Assembly (NCBI GenBank): GCA_976226885.1
Contig: OZ320315.1
Location: 50,406,001-50,470,000 of the forward strand
Length of the DNA: 64,000 nt
DNA from: Iphione sp. A-MEVVRFRX5
Taxonomy: Eukaryota
Reading direction: 5' to 3'
Part shown: positions 14,701 through 24,706 of the stretch, piece after piece
How the letters are laid out: each line of letters opens with the position of its first letter
How positions within the stretch are numbered: the first letter of the stretch is position 1
Notes under the pieces: model-generated
What the model was told of the DNA's origin: nothing
Database searches by the model: none
What the model saw: the letters and a program-made list of their open reading frames with translations, nothing else
Made by a program: the position numbers and the translations under genes

Positions 14701-17700
14701 AAACAATGAAGATACCAAATATAACTTTTAATAGTCTTTGTGCAGAATTGGTAATCGCTATGCCAATGGAGGGCAGACTTTGGAGCTGGACAGAGTGGCA
14801 TCTTTGTTATCAGTCACTGGAGATAGGAGTCAGTTGACTGACAGCAACATTTGCTGATACTGTCATCCTGAGGTACCACACTTCTTCAATGGTATATGCC
14901 AGTGCATTATCCAATAGACTTTCGAAATGTGGTGTCTCTCTCTATCGCCGCATTCGGGACAAGGATAGGGAAATAAAAGGGACAGAAAAATGTACTGGAC
15001 AGATTGATGTGGCTACGCAGTGAGATGCCTCTAAAAGAAAAGACAGGCATGTCATCGAAAAGTAACCAAACTATACCTGCCCTGCACAAACATCCCTTAA
15101 CAAAAACATACAAAAAACTAGATAATGTGAGTATGTCCATGCATAATTTTACATGAATTGTGTGAAATGTACATGACATGACTATCCCTGGCCATAAACC
15201 TTGCCTTTAACCTATCCCATATTAAAACGTACACTTTGTTACCACTGGTAGGTTTTTGTAAATGTAGTTTTTGGTTAAGGCACGGTTTGCAGTGTTTTAC
15301 CACTGAGCCATGGCCGCCTATCCAGCGTGCACATGTATGAAAAAACGTACGTGCCCGCTGTTTTTCTTTAGTAGTGTTCTACATAGTTTTGGGCATCACG
15401 GTCCACTCTTTTGGGACTGAAAAACACCATCGTTTTAATGACATTTTTTTTAACCTGCAGATGTCGATATGGTTGCCTTTTTCATGTTCATCTTCACGCT
15501 CTTTTAGTCAGTTTTTACCTTTATTCATCGCAAATTCGAGAAGCAAGCGAGGACTTTTCCTCTAAGACCCCAAGAAAAGTTACATGTTATAGCTTTTGGG
15601 AAATATTTTGAAAAATGATATGGAAGTTTGTGATCTTTTCATGGCATTAATATGCTTGATGCTCTTTGCCTGTTTCCAGTTGCGTCAGAGATTTGGTTTA
15701 TGTATCTTTTTGTTCTGAAGCTAAGTATAATGACGACACTGTTTCACGATAGGCTCATAGATGCCATGCCATTATTTCAGCTTTTGGCCACCTCTTAACG
15801 TTCGGTTCCAATCGTCATGGTGAGCTCGGTACGGGCGATTTAAAGCAGCAGAAAGGAATCTGCATTATCCGTGGACCTCTCAGCGGTAAGAAGGTAGAGA
15901 GAGTGGCGGCCGGCGACTGCTGCACTACAATAGCCACTTCAGGTAAGGATCTACCCAGAGCAGCTCCTGATCCAGTGTCTGAGTAGGCGTCTATCGCACA
16001 ACTTTTTTTCCACGCAGTTGTCATTGCTAATATGTAAACCGGTGATAATAGGGCCTACATATCCATGAATGCCATACGCATTTTGCCCTAGCGTACTGAA
16101 ATCTAAAGCGGAACTTTGAACAAATAATGGGCGATTACTGCCTGTGGATTAATGAGTAAAAAAGGCTACAAAGTTAAAAATGAGTAGTTTACTTGCTCGG
16201 GATCCTAAGATGATAGATACAGTTGAAACCGGTATAGGAGACCAAGCTTGGGACTGGGCAATTTGGATCTCTCACATAATTTGCTCACATTAGACAACAT
16301 CTATTTAGAGTTATATGAATCTTGCCCTCTCCTGTAGTTTGGCCTCTCCTGTGATCTGGTCTTTCATCGGTACTCTACTATACATATAGTCACTAAATAC
16401 ATAGGGATTATGCAGATGTGTGCACATGCAGAAATCAGAATACCATGCATGTATGTAGACAGAAGTGTGAAAAAGCCATCTAGGAAAAACCCTGACCGAG
16501 CATCAGCCCGTCGCTATGTCTGTGATAATGGTTTATGGATGAGTATGACTACGGTCGGGAGAAATACGTTGTGCAATGTTCTCCCCGCATACTCCGGATC
16601 TCTGTCGCAAACCAGAATATGCACCAGGGTTCTCTGCTTTCACGCAGACAAACAAGTGTACTCGTGGGGACTCATGGAGAACGGCCGACTTGGCCACATC
16701 CCCGGGGAGCGCGGCAAAGGTCCCGGCGGCCGCTGCTTCCCGTTCCCCCGGCCCATCTTCGGTTCCCTACATCAGGTGTCGGATATGGCCTCCCGCCACT
16801 GGCACACCATCATCGTAGCCGAGAAGGTTTTGCATCAGAAGACAATTGGATCCGCAAGCAAAGGTGGGTACCGAGTTGTAGACGATGCTTTTAAAAGTAG
16901 TCTCTGCCTTGTTTGAGGATGCTTCCGACCACCCCATTTGAGCAATCGATGTCGAACATACATATACTTAAAACTGCTTCGAACGTTAGGGTCATGCATT
17001 CCATCAACATAGGGTGCAAGTATCAGCTTACCACATGAAGAGACATAAATAAGAGAAGGGTGAGATCCGTGTTTAGCATGGCACTGGATGCACATACTTT
17101 AAGTATGCCTTTCTCATACATCACTCGATAGAATCGATCTATCACCCAAGGAGCACCATTAAGTCTGCACATTAGGTCAACTTTGTAGTGCTAGATTCCT
17201 GTTATTGAAGAGAGCTTTGGTTCACATGTTTCAGCACAAATCTTACAGCTACGCAGCGGTACGTTTCTTAGCTGACCGATCAAGTTTATCCTGTTTCTGA
17301 CGCCATGACTCACACTCTCATTATTCTAGTAGTCGACTAAATCCACACACTAGTTAACTGAATTCTCATAGTAATTAACTGAATTCCCGTAGTAGTTAAG
17401 TATAACTCAAAGAGCAACTCTTTCCCTCCTTGTTATGTCTAGCGTAGAAGGTTCAAGACACATTTTTAAGCTTCTTTTTCTTATGTGTAACGGATCTATA
17501 TATCTTTCTTCAAAACTCACACTTCTTGACTTTTGTACTTTGAACTCAGTCCTTGTTTTAAAAATATAATCGTAGAACATCCTTTGCAAAAATATGTACT
17601 GCAAAGAAAAGGTCCTTTATGTGTTCATAGATGTTTAGTCGAGATGTTTCGTTGTGACGCCTCTGTATTGAAAACGACACTGAATTGGTACCAGTAAACA

Positions 17701-20700
17701 TGGAGCAATCAAAGCAGTATATACCTAAGTCTAAATTTTCGTTTCAGCCATAACGCCGAACTACGATACACAAATAAGTTCCGATAGCGTCTTTGTCGCA
17801 AGTTCAGAAGAAAATCACCAGGGGGCAGTATCGGATAGTACCAGCTCAGAGAAGACTGAACTGAGCACAGCACGGCAGGTCACCGCTGAGAGCTCAGTGC
17901 CGGACTGGCTCAAGGCGGTATGTACTGCTCTTGCAACTGTCAATATAAGCATTTCATTTATATTATATAATGTAATATGAACTTGTTGAGGGGAACGTGA
18001 TGTAGCAGACATAACGAGAGAGAAAGCATCATAGACAGCAAGAAAGATGAGGAGATGCATAGTGTACTACAGTATACATTCAGGATTCAAGATTTAAGAT
18101 TTTTTATTCACTTCTTATTGAAAAACGTAACATCTTCCAGTGAATACAGTAGGAATTAACGATTATTCATGAATTGTTAAATGAAAGGCTTCCTTTGTGA
18201 ACATTGGTACCTGTGAATGGATGGATAGCGATTAATTGTGTGCCTACGTGTGTGGGGGTGACAGAAGGAGAAATTTACTGCAAATAGATGTAACATAGGT
18301 TCATCTGTAGGTCACCTAAGTACAGAAATTAGCAATACAAGGGAGTAAACAGAGAAAGTGCCAAAGTTTACTGAAGAGCACGACGTGTGCTTATTTAGGC
18401 TATCTATAACAATAAGCGCTACAAGATTGTACATAATAGTTGCCCATTTGTAAAGTGGAACTGTTACTAGAAGCACCTCGTGTTGTTTGGTTTTGCAGGA
18501 GTTGGCGGACGAGTTCATCCCAGTGGGCGGCCAAAAAGAAGCCTCTGATGATGACGGCGGTCAGAAGAACGGTCACTGCAGCATGTCGGGCAGCAGCGCC
18601 GTGCCAGGCTGGCTTCAGGCTGTTAGCATCTTAACTACTGAACCCTCGTGAATAGTGGCGTAGTCTACGTGCTTTACTCGTTATCTAATGACGAGTCAAT
18701 AATTATATCTGATACGTCTATTTCGCAAAAAGAACTTTGCCAGGTTTAATTTGTGTCTCTTTAGGGTGGATTATATGGCCTACTCGCTATGATGGTTCAT
18801 CTACATTGTACTTGTAGACCACTGAGTTAAATGCTCTGATAATTTGAGACAGTGTATAACATTCGCATATATGAATGCTTGATACTGGTTTATTTTCTTA
18901 TCATTTATCTCACTCTAAGTATTTTGAATAGTATGATTCCACGTGGGATATGGAAAGTACCTATATGAATAGATTGTTGTATACAGTCAGGACAGGTCAC
19001 CTGGACAGTAACAATGAAGCACGAAATGGGCACTTATTGCAACTTCGAGGGCGGGGGACCGTAGAACTCGCGGGTCAGCTTTCTTCTTTCCTTTTGTATG
19101 TACTGCAGGCGCATGGCATAGAAGTATTCTAATTTTCGGTAGGTGAATTCGAACCCAGCCTTTTATTAGTTTGCAAACATTGTTCAAGATAAACCTTTAT
19201 GTTGTAATATGGAGTTATTGATTCCATACGACAGGAACTAGAAAATGCAGAGGACGTGCCGTTGAAGCGCCAGCCAGGTCAACCAGAGAAGGCCGATTTA
19301 AAACTTCACCTTCCCTCGACCTCTGGCTCTGGCTCTGGCTTGCGTAAACCCACCACGCATCTTTCGGACGGAAGGGCAGATCTGACGGATGCATCGCAGG
19401 TGAACGGTTCAGAGGTCTGTGTGCACATATTTATGTATGCCATTTATAGGGAGGGCATCCAGTTGGTCTTTGTCCTACGTTTGTCGTTAGGGCTCGGGTG
19501 TTTGACAGTGTGTCGACAAACACATGCGAATATATGAATACAAATGTAGCAGTATTATTTCTAATGTGTGAAAGACATGAAACTAAACGGGAAGTGCAAA
19601 TGATTAAGTGCAATAACCTGAGAGCATTTCATCGAAAACGTAGGAATTGTACAGAATTACTATATGAAATATCACAGAAAGATGTCAAACACCTGTGTAA
19701 ATCTGTCATTGAAGTGCAATCGCTTGTTCTAACAGGGCGCAGCACACCGCCTGGCAGAACTTTTGGAGCGCGTGAGAGTACTGGAGGAAGACAATCTGCA
19801 GGTTAGACGTTTGAGAGCTTCCCACTAGGTGGCGACAGTTCTCTCCCCGGCCAGAGCTTTTCCATGCTGATATTGCCCTCTGGTGTATTTCAACGCCAAA
19901 TTTCGATCACTTAAGCCTGATTGCCCCCAGCATGACGAGAACATAATGCTCAAAGTAACATTTTTAAAAGGAATATTGTTACAGATTGCCATAGACAGGA
20001 AACTTTCAAATAAGAAGTACAAAGTAATCGTATATTGGAGAGTAACAATACGGAAATTCGTTACGCAACTGTCTTAATTGGTCATACCAAGTACTAAATA
20101 GATCTGACTATAGTCATGGCAGAGCAGCACTGTCAGTATCATCTGTAATTCAGGATTGCAAAATGCCACGGTGCTTCATGAATACCTCTTTATTATGCGC
20201 AAACTTTACCGTTTTTTTGTAGCATGAAAAAAATAATATTGGTCTCATTTAAATATCCATGAGTTACACGTACAAAAGATTTGCATTCAATCGAACATTG
20301 CAACAGACACAGGCAAAGGAAAAACCTACCCACCCTATTCAAGATGCACAGGACAGATTCACACTCCACTCAGTTCCCTGTGAGCAGTATCGGAATAAAA
20401 TTCAGCAAATTGATCCCAAGAGTTCCTATATCCGAACAGTGACAGGACAGTCTGTTTAAAAAATTTCTTCATCCGATCGGAGCTGGTCGATTCAATGTCA
20501 ATAATTCAATAAATTTAATTGAGAGCTAAGCAGACGTAACCGTTCAAAAAACTAATGATGGAATTAGAGGTATTTTGCTCTCGCCATTTTTGAAATCAAC
20601 TTCAAATTCCCTTTCGTGCTCTCCACTTCATGGCGCCCACTTTCTGAAATGATGTCGAGTGGTAATGTAGCAGCCGTCATGCTTTGATGGCTTAATAGAA

Positions 20701-21065
20701 ATAATTTCGTGATTTTTGAATATTGTTTGATTGATAACTTCCGTGCTCACGGTTTCTTCTTCTACACCAACTGCAGTTACATCGATTGGTCTCAAGCCAG
20801 GCTAAGAAGATCCAAGAGTTGGAATCTCAGGTGGGTGAATGCCCGCCACCCTGAGACATTCTCACCTAATGGCTGCACGCGCTCTTATTGGCTCCTTTCA
20901 CTTTGGCTGCCCAGGGCTCACCGACCTCCCGCATGCTCATTGGTTCAAAGGAGCTTTTTATGCCGCCTTTGCTGCCTCAAATTTTGTTCATTCTTGGATG
21001 TTGGCTTTAAATGTTTACATTCAAATGGACCCTTGGTTTTTTCCCCCCAGGCAAGATTGCTGTAG
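1600..21065 (+). CDS. NEK9: Serine/threonine kinase NEK9 orthologue, 5'-partial, 20 coding exons in window (about 762 aa from the HRD Asp to the stop)
   Basis: Hand-spliced exons all have GT..AG ends and compatible phases. The translation tracks human NEK9 ([22 protein letters not shown], WGGGKxTPQKL, [24 protein letters not shown], WLxxELENAE), which distinguishes it from NEK8. Confidence 0.95.
1910..1959 (+). CDS. NEK9: NEK9 exon: [16 protein letters not shown](L)
   Basis: Acceptor ttccctacag, donor gtaagt; subdomain VIII. Confidence 0.97.
2463..2544 (+). CDS. NEK9: NEK9 exon: [27 protein letters not shown]
   Basis: Acceptor ttcctcacag, donor gtaggt; subdomain IX. Confidence 0.97.
3054..3217. 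mobile_element. Non-autonomous hAT-like MITE (164 bp)
   Basis: 12-bp TIR CAGGACTGGGCA / TGCCCAGCCCTG (11/12). The 8-bp flanks cacagaag / agaagaag match 5/8 (decayed TSD). Internal repeat aaaaatgcgacaa occurs twice. Confidence 0.6.
3230..3702 (-). mobile_element. Solo LTR, Gypsy-like (473 bp)
   Basis: Termini TGTAACA...TGTTACA; 4-bp TSD GGTG at 3226-3229 and 3703-3706; minus-strand TATATAAG (3346-3353) followed by AATAAA (3273-3278). Confidence 0.85.
4421..4442. repeat. (CTGT)n microsatellite
   Basis: ctgtctgtctgtctgtctgtct. Confidence 0.9.
5707..5830. repeat. (GA)n microsatellite followed by degenerate (GACA)n
   Basis: About 22 GA units at 5713-5756, then gacagaca-type units. Confidence 0.95.
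6866..6970 (+). CDS. NEK9: NEK9 exon: [35 protein letters not shown]
   Basis: Acceptor cctacttcag, donor gtaggc; matches human NPLNLCVKIV. Confidence 0.93.
8489..8553 (+). CDS. NEK9: NEK9 exon: [21 protein letters not shown](N)
   Basis: Acceptor ctttgcag, donor gtgagt; subdomain XI. Confidence 0.95.
9731..9839 (+). CDS. NEK9: NEK9 exon: [36 protein letters not shown] (kinase-RCC1 linker)
   Basis: Acceptor ttctgtacag, donor gtgagc; matches human VVTSRTSE. Confidence 0.92.
10114..10162. repeat. Degenerate (TACA)n/(TA)n tract
   Basis: tacatacaaacatacatgtatacatgtatacatacatatacatacatac. Confidence 0.85.
10391..10465 (+). CDS. NEK9: NEK9 exon: [25 protein letters not shown]
   Basis: Acceptor tgttgcag, donor gtaacg; human VYVWGGGKSTPQKL. 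Confidence 0.95.
10674..10736 (+). CDS. NEK9: NEK9 exon: [21 protein letters not shown] (RCC1 repeat)
   Basis: Acceptor tttctccag, donor gtaagt; human [14 protein letters not shown]. Confidence 0.95.
10844..11022. mobile_element. Tc1/mariner/pogo (Tigger-like) MITE (179 bp)
   Basis: TA|CAGTGGAAAGCCACC ... GGAGGCTTTCCATTG|TA (TIR 13/15, TA TSD); internal repeats of aatagggacac. Confidence 0.85.
11394..11538 (+). CDS. NEK9: NEK9 exon: [48 protein letters not shown] (RCC1 repeat)
   Basis: Acceptor attctgcag, donor gtgagt; GQLGHG signature. Confidence 0.96.
12561..12761 (+). CDS. NEK9: NEK9 exon: [18 protein letters not shown]...[25 protein letters not shown] (RCC1 repeats)
   Basis: Acceptor aacttttag, donor gtaagc; phases 1/1. 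Confidence 0.96.
13038..13260. mobile_element. MITE with 4-bp ATTT TSD (Sola1-like, AWWT target)
   Basis: About 26-bp TIR GACTCATTCCACCCAAAAATGTACCA / TGGTACACTTTTTGGGTGGAATGAGTC, flanked by ATTT on both sides. Confidence 0.75.
13905..14113 (+). CDS. NEK9: NEK9 exon: [16 protein letters not shown]...GADGTFLL...[13 protein letters not shown]...RTEQ (RCC1 repeats)
   Basis: Acceptor attttgcag, donor gtacat; GC3-rich coding sequence. Confidence 0.96.
14542..14650 (+). CDS. NEK9: NEK9 exon: [36 protein letters not shown]
   Basis: Acceptor catttctag, donor gtaatt; human GKTHTAAID. Confidence 0.94.
15781..15942 (+). CDS. NEK9: NEK9 exon: [19 protein letters not shown]...[23 protein letters not shown]
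   Basis: Acceptor ttatttcag, donor gtaagg; human LLTFGCNKCGQLG..GPLGGKQV. Confidence 0.95.
16648..16863 (+). CDS. NEK9: NEK9 exon: [15 protein letters not shown]...[39 protein letters not shown]
   Basis: Acceptor ttcacgcag, donor gtgggt; last RCC1 repeat. Confidence 0.94.
17748..17917 (+). CDS. NEK9: NEK9 exon: [21 protein letters not shown]...[11 protein letters not shown]
   Basis: Acceptor tcgtttcag, donor gtatgt; open frame with the required phase; ends like human SSSCPGWLRK. Confidence 0.85.
18079..18110 (-). mobile_element. Possible LINE/SINE 3' tail remnant
   Basis: Minus strand reads AATAAAAAATCTTAAATCTTGAATCCTGAA, a polyA signal plus short tandem tail. Confidence 0.3.
18499..18621 (+). 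CDS. NEK9: NEK9 exon (symmetric, phase 0-0): [41 protein letters not shown]
   Basis: Acceptor gttttgcag, donor gttagc; begins and ends with the two halves of the docking motif. Confidence 0.82.
19235..19399 (+). CDS. NEK9: NEK9 exon: [16 protein letters not shown]...DLTDASQ (alternative in-frame donor at 19414 adds VNGSE)
   Basis: Acceptor atacgacag, donor gtgaac or gtctgt; ELENAE identical to human. Confidence 0.85.
19736..19801 (+). CDS. NEK9: NEK9 exon: [22 protein letters not shown] (coiled coil)
   Basis: Acceptor ttctaacag, donor gttaga; heptad pattern. Confidence 0.82.
19822..19885. promoter_or_regulatory. Two convergent CTCF-like motifs
   Basis: CCACTAGGTGGCG (+, 19822-19834) and CACCAGAGGGCA (-, 19874-19885) match the CTCF core consensus. 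Confidence 0.45.
20777..20830 (+). CDS. NEK9: NEK9 exon: [18 protein letters not shown] (coiled coil)
   Basis: Acceptor caactgcag after a pyrimidine tract, donor gtgggt; continues the heptads. Confidence 0.78.
21051..21065 (+). CDS. NEK9: NEK9 probable last coding exon: ARLL-stop
   Basis: Very strong acceptor ggttttttccccccag, phase 0, TAG at 21063-21065. Confidence 0.68.
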   Translation, partial: ARLL

Positions 21066-24000
21066 AATTCATTCAAATTCTATTGCGTATTGCTCTTTGT
21101 TCATTTATTTCGATGAGTGAAGAAACCTTGTGAATCCTGCTGTCAGACAATTTTCCCTTTTCTTATGTTTTGCTTCCATTTCTTTCACGCTTTTCAAAGA
21201 AGAAATCCCAACCCCCTTTTTTCGTTTTTAACTTTTTTTTTTGTAAAGAAACACAATTGATGTCGATTACATTGCTGTTGATGTACTGTTGATACCCACC
21301 TGATACGCACGTTGAAACGTGCACGGCATATCTGTGATAGCGGTGATACGTCGATAACTTGGGTGTGTCGCTTTGGGCTGTAATTATTCTACATGTACAT
21401 GCATATAGTGCACTAATCTAGCCACACGTAGGAGCACAATAATTCCTAACAGTGCATGTTTGTCAATCCTATTACAATATGTATACCCATACAGACGTGT
21501 GATTGCATGTCTCGTACTTTTTATAATCATTACATGGTGCTTATATTCAAAGTCATTTGATATTTATTGTGTGACGTCCATGCCATTGTAAGGTCAGTGA
21601 TGCAGTAATTTAAACCAAGAGGTTTTCTGGAATTTCCAGAAACAAAGACTGTCGTCATAATTTCTAGGAGTGGCATCCGCAAGCGATATGATATGTCATT
21701 TAAAGTATTATACACTGAATGCCTGTGATCCATCGGTTATCGTTTTTATTGCGATGATGATGTTAGTTTGACACTGTCTTTTAACATAACATTGAACATT
21801 TGGATCTGTGTATGTCTGGTGAAGTTCATTCTTTTGATAAAGCCGACTTCTCTAGAACGTTTTTGACTTACACGAGGTAATACATGTATTCGTCTCTAGT
21901 GTCGCTATTGAGACAATTATTACTGAAACATATTGTTGTCCAGTTGGACAACAAAACAGAATAACAGCACTGCGACCTATTGCTTCCACAGTGTTGTCGA
22001 TACTGCTGTAGTTATTCGTGATATGTACTGTGTCATTCATTCGCCAAATACAAAGATCGATTCAGGAGAGAAGTAATGGAAATACAGTCGAATGTAAGGT
22101 AAAAAACCTCCTGAGGGCCAAGACCCCGTCAGTTCGTGGATAATTACAGAGAATCATATTTCCTTGACGTCTCACATCTTTACTAATTAATTATGGGCTC
22201 ATTACCTTCTGGAGCCGCACAACATCATGCCGGTGATTTTTTTTCACTCCCCAAAGCTGTTTTGTACACACAAGTTAATGAACCCCAGGGATTCAAAGCC
22301 ATTACCTGTCAACATCCACGAACTCGTTGCCCTAGGCACGGAATACGGTCCATAGACGCACGAAGCTATTGGCTAGGAATGGCGGATGAGAACACGCACT
22401 CGCCAGTGCTCAGGCGGGCTAGCTATAGCCTTTTTCCTCCTCAACTCAGGTTGCTCTTATTTCAGGAGGAAAGGTTCCCTGTTGACTTTACCTTCTATGA
22501 CACGACCCTGTAAAGTAACACGGAATAGTAAAAACCTTTGAGCCTTGAAGATCGTGAAGATAAGATACTTTTGCCCTTTGAAGAATTCAGTCTTTTTTTT
22601 CTAAATCTCTCGTATCTTTCAGAACAAAATGATCCTAAAGTATGTTTGTAAGAAAAGTCTGACAGGGCTTATCATAAATGGAATTACGTGTACGTGTGTG
22701 TACAGCTCAATACTTTTAGAGCTTATGCGACAGGTTCCTTAATATACCCTGGTCGCGTATTTATTCTTATTCGTAACATTTGACAAATGTTTAAGCATTG
22801 GAGAGGAAATCCTCATCATCCAAGTTAGAATAGTGTGAAGTAATTAGGTATGCGTGGATTATGGGGCTAGGCACAAGCACTGGCTGATCCCATCTCATCC
22901 CTGAGATGGTCTCCTTTGGGACACAGTTGGTGATACGCAACTACTTCATTATACATGTATGTAAAACGCATACTGTCAGAAGAAAATGTACTCTGGAGTG
23001 CCGTTGAATAATGTTGTTTTAAAATCTGAGTATATGCAGTATGGGGTCTCAACAATCAGGGCCATTTGTTTTCAGTTTGCTTGCTGACTTGAAGCTGCAC
23101 TGGTTTCCCTCTTTATTATTATTGTTCATGTAATATGTTGTGTTAGGCATTTGAAAGGGAAGCTTTGATTAAATGAATAAACCGTTTTCGAGGAATACAC
23201 GAGATTTTAATATTTGGAGATTGAAAGAGTTAGTCAACGTTACTGATCAATACAGAAAGGTTTATAGATCGGTAAATTGTTTTCAAAAAGGAAATAAATC
23301 CGTTATAACGTACTGTTCAACGTGTAATTTCTTCCCTACAGGTGTAACCTGTCAGTATTTTCTTTCGTGTACAACATGCAGAATAAAAGAACACCATCTG
23401 GTGTGGGATTTGCCGTATCCTGGTCGACTGCGCATGTACTCCTCTTTATGAACGTAAAGGCGTCGAGTTGCATTAAGATATCATACACCCAGCTGGGAGA
23501 ATTTGATCACTTTTAGTTGGATGAACATGACTCCTTGTTGATGTCACGTAATATGCATTCATTAGAGCAGATGGACGAGGAAGGGCCCTGTCGGTGAGAG
23601 TCTCCAATCTCAGTGTACACACGAATTATTCGAAAGTTCATCGAATATAACAACCGATGATTATAGTCTTGTACTGATGTGATTTTTGAAGTTAAATTTA
23701 GCTAATGCAGTTACAAGGATTGCACCCTTTCGCTCACCGAATATGACATTTCAGTTACCTCTGAAGTTATCTTTACAACAAAAAAGAAGGATTTTAATCA
23801 CATCAAAATTGATCGGCTGAATCTGTTTTGAAATCACCAGAAGCCTCATTAATTAGAAGATATTTTGTGTCGGGAATAGCTGTGGTAGCTCGCAGAAATC
23901 ACGTGATATTGGTTGCAGTATTCCTGGCCTTTGATGCCCGGGGCATCAAGTTCCTGAGTTTCCAATCAGGGAGCAGTCTTCAGAGTATTGACTGTATGGT

Positions 24001-24632
24001 CGTGTGCAGTTGGCCGAGGCGGTCATTTTTCCTCTGAGCTCTTTTATCTGGAAGTCTACGCTTAGAGGTATTGTCCATGTATATATAAAGCTTTTTGAAA
24101 TATTTTTTTTAGCTGTAAGCGGGACCTTTGAACGGTCGATGCACTCACTATGGCAAGTTGATGGCATTCATTTCAACTTGGGCCACCATAATGTTACCGG
24201 CCAATTTAAGTTCCTATCTCCAGCGGATTTGACTATGGAAGACGAAACGGATGGTGGGCACTGCTGTGGTCAGTGAATCCCACAGGGCGTTGCTGAAGGG
24301 TCAGCTGTAATGAAAATCAAGTGGACATTGATGGATCGCCTGACCCTTAATACATCAGTAATCCTGGTATAACGACCCTTTCTCGGGTGGGCCTGCAAAC
24401 ACTTTAATGTACAAATCAAACTGACTCGCACTTGATTTATCACTATCGACTGCTATTCCATCGGACTAGCCCATTTTTTAGTACATAGATGAGTTAGTCG
24501 GGATATAAGGAGGGGGCACCGATTTCTACTCGGTAGCGTTCCGTATGAAACCAAAAGCGACTTTGATGGCTGCCTTTCGAGAGACTCCTGTAACTCGCCT
24601 ATGCATTGTACATAGAGTCAAATCCCCAATGC

Positions 24633-24635
<3 letters not shown>

Positions 24636-24704
<69 letters not shown>
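24636..24704. repeat. (CT)n microsatellite
   Basis: About 34 perfect CT units. Confidence 0.97.

Positions 24705-24706
<2 letters not shown>

Noticed and set aside
19146-19160. tRNA B-box-like GGTTCGAATTC on the minus strand
   Set aside because: No A-box or cloverleaf.
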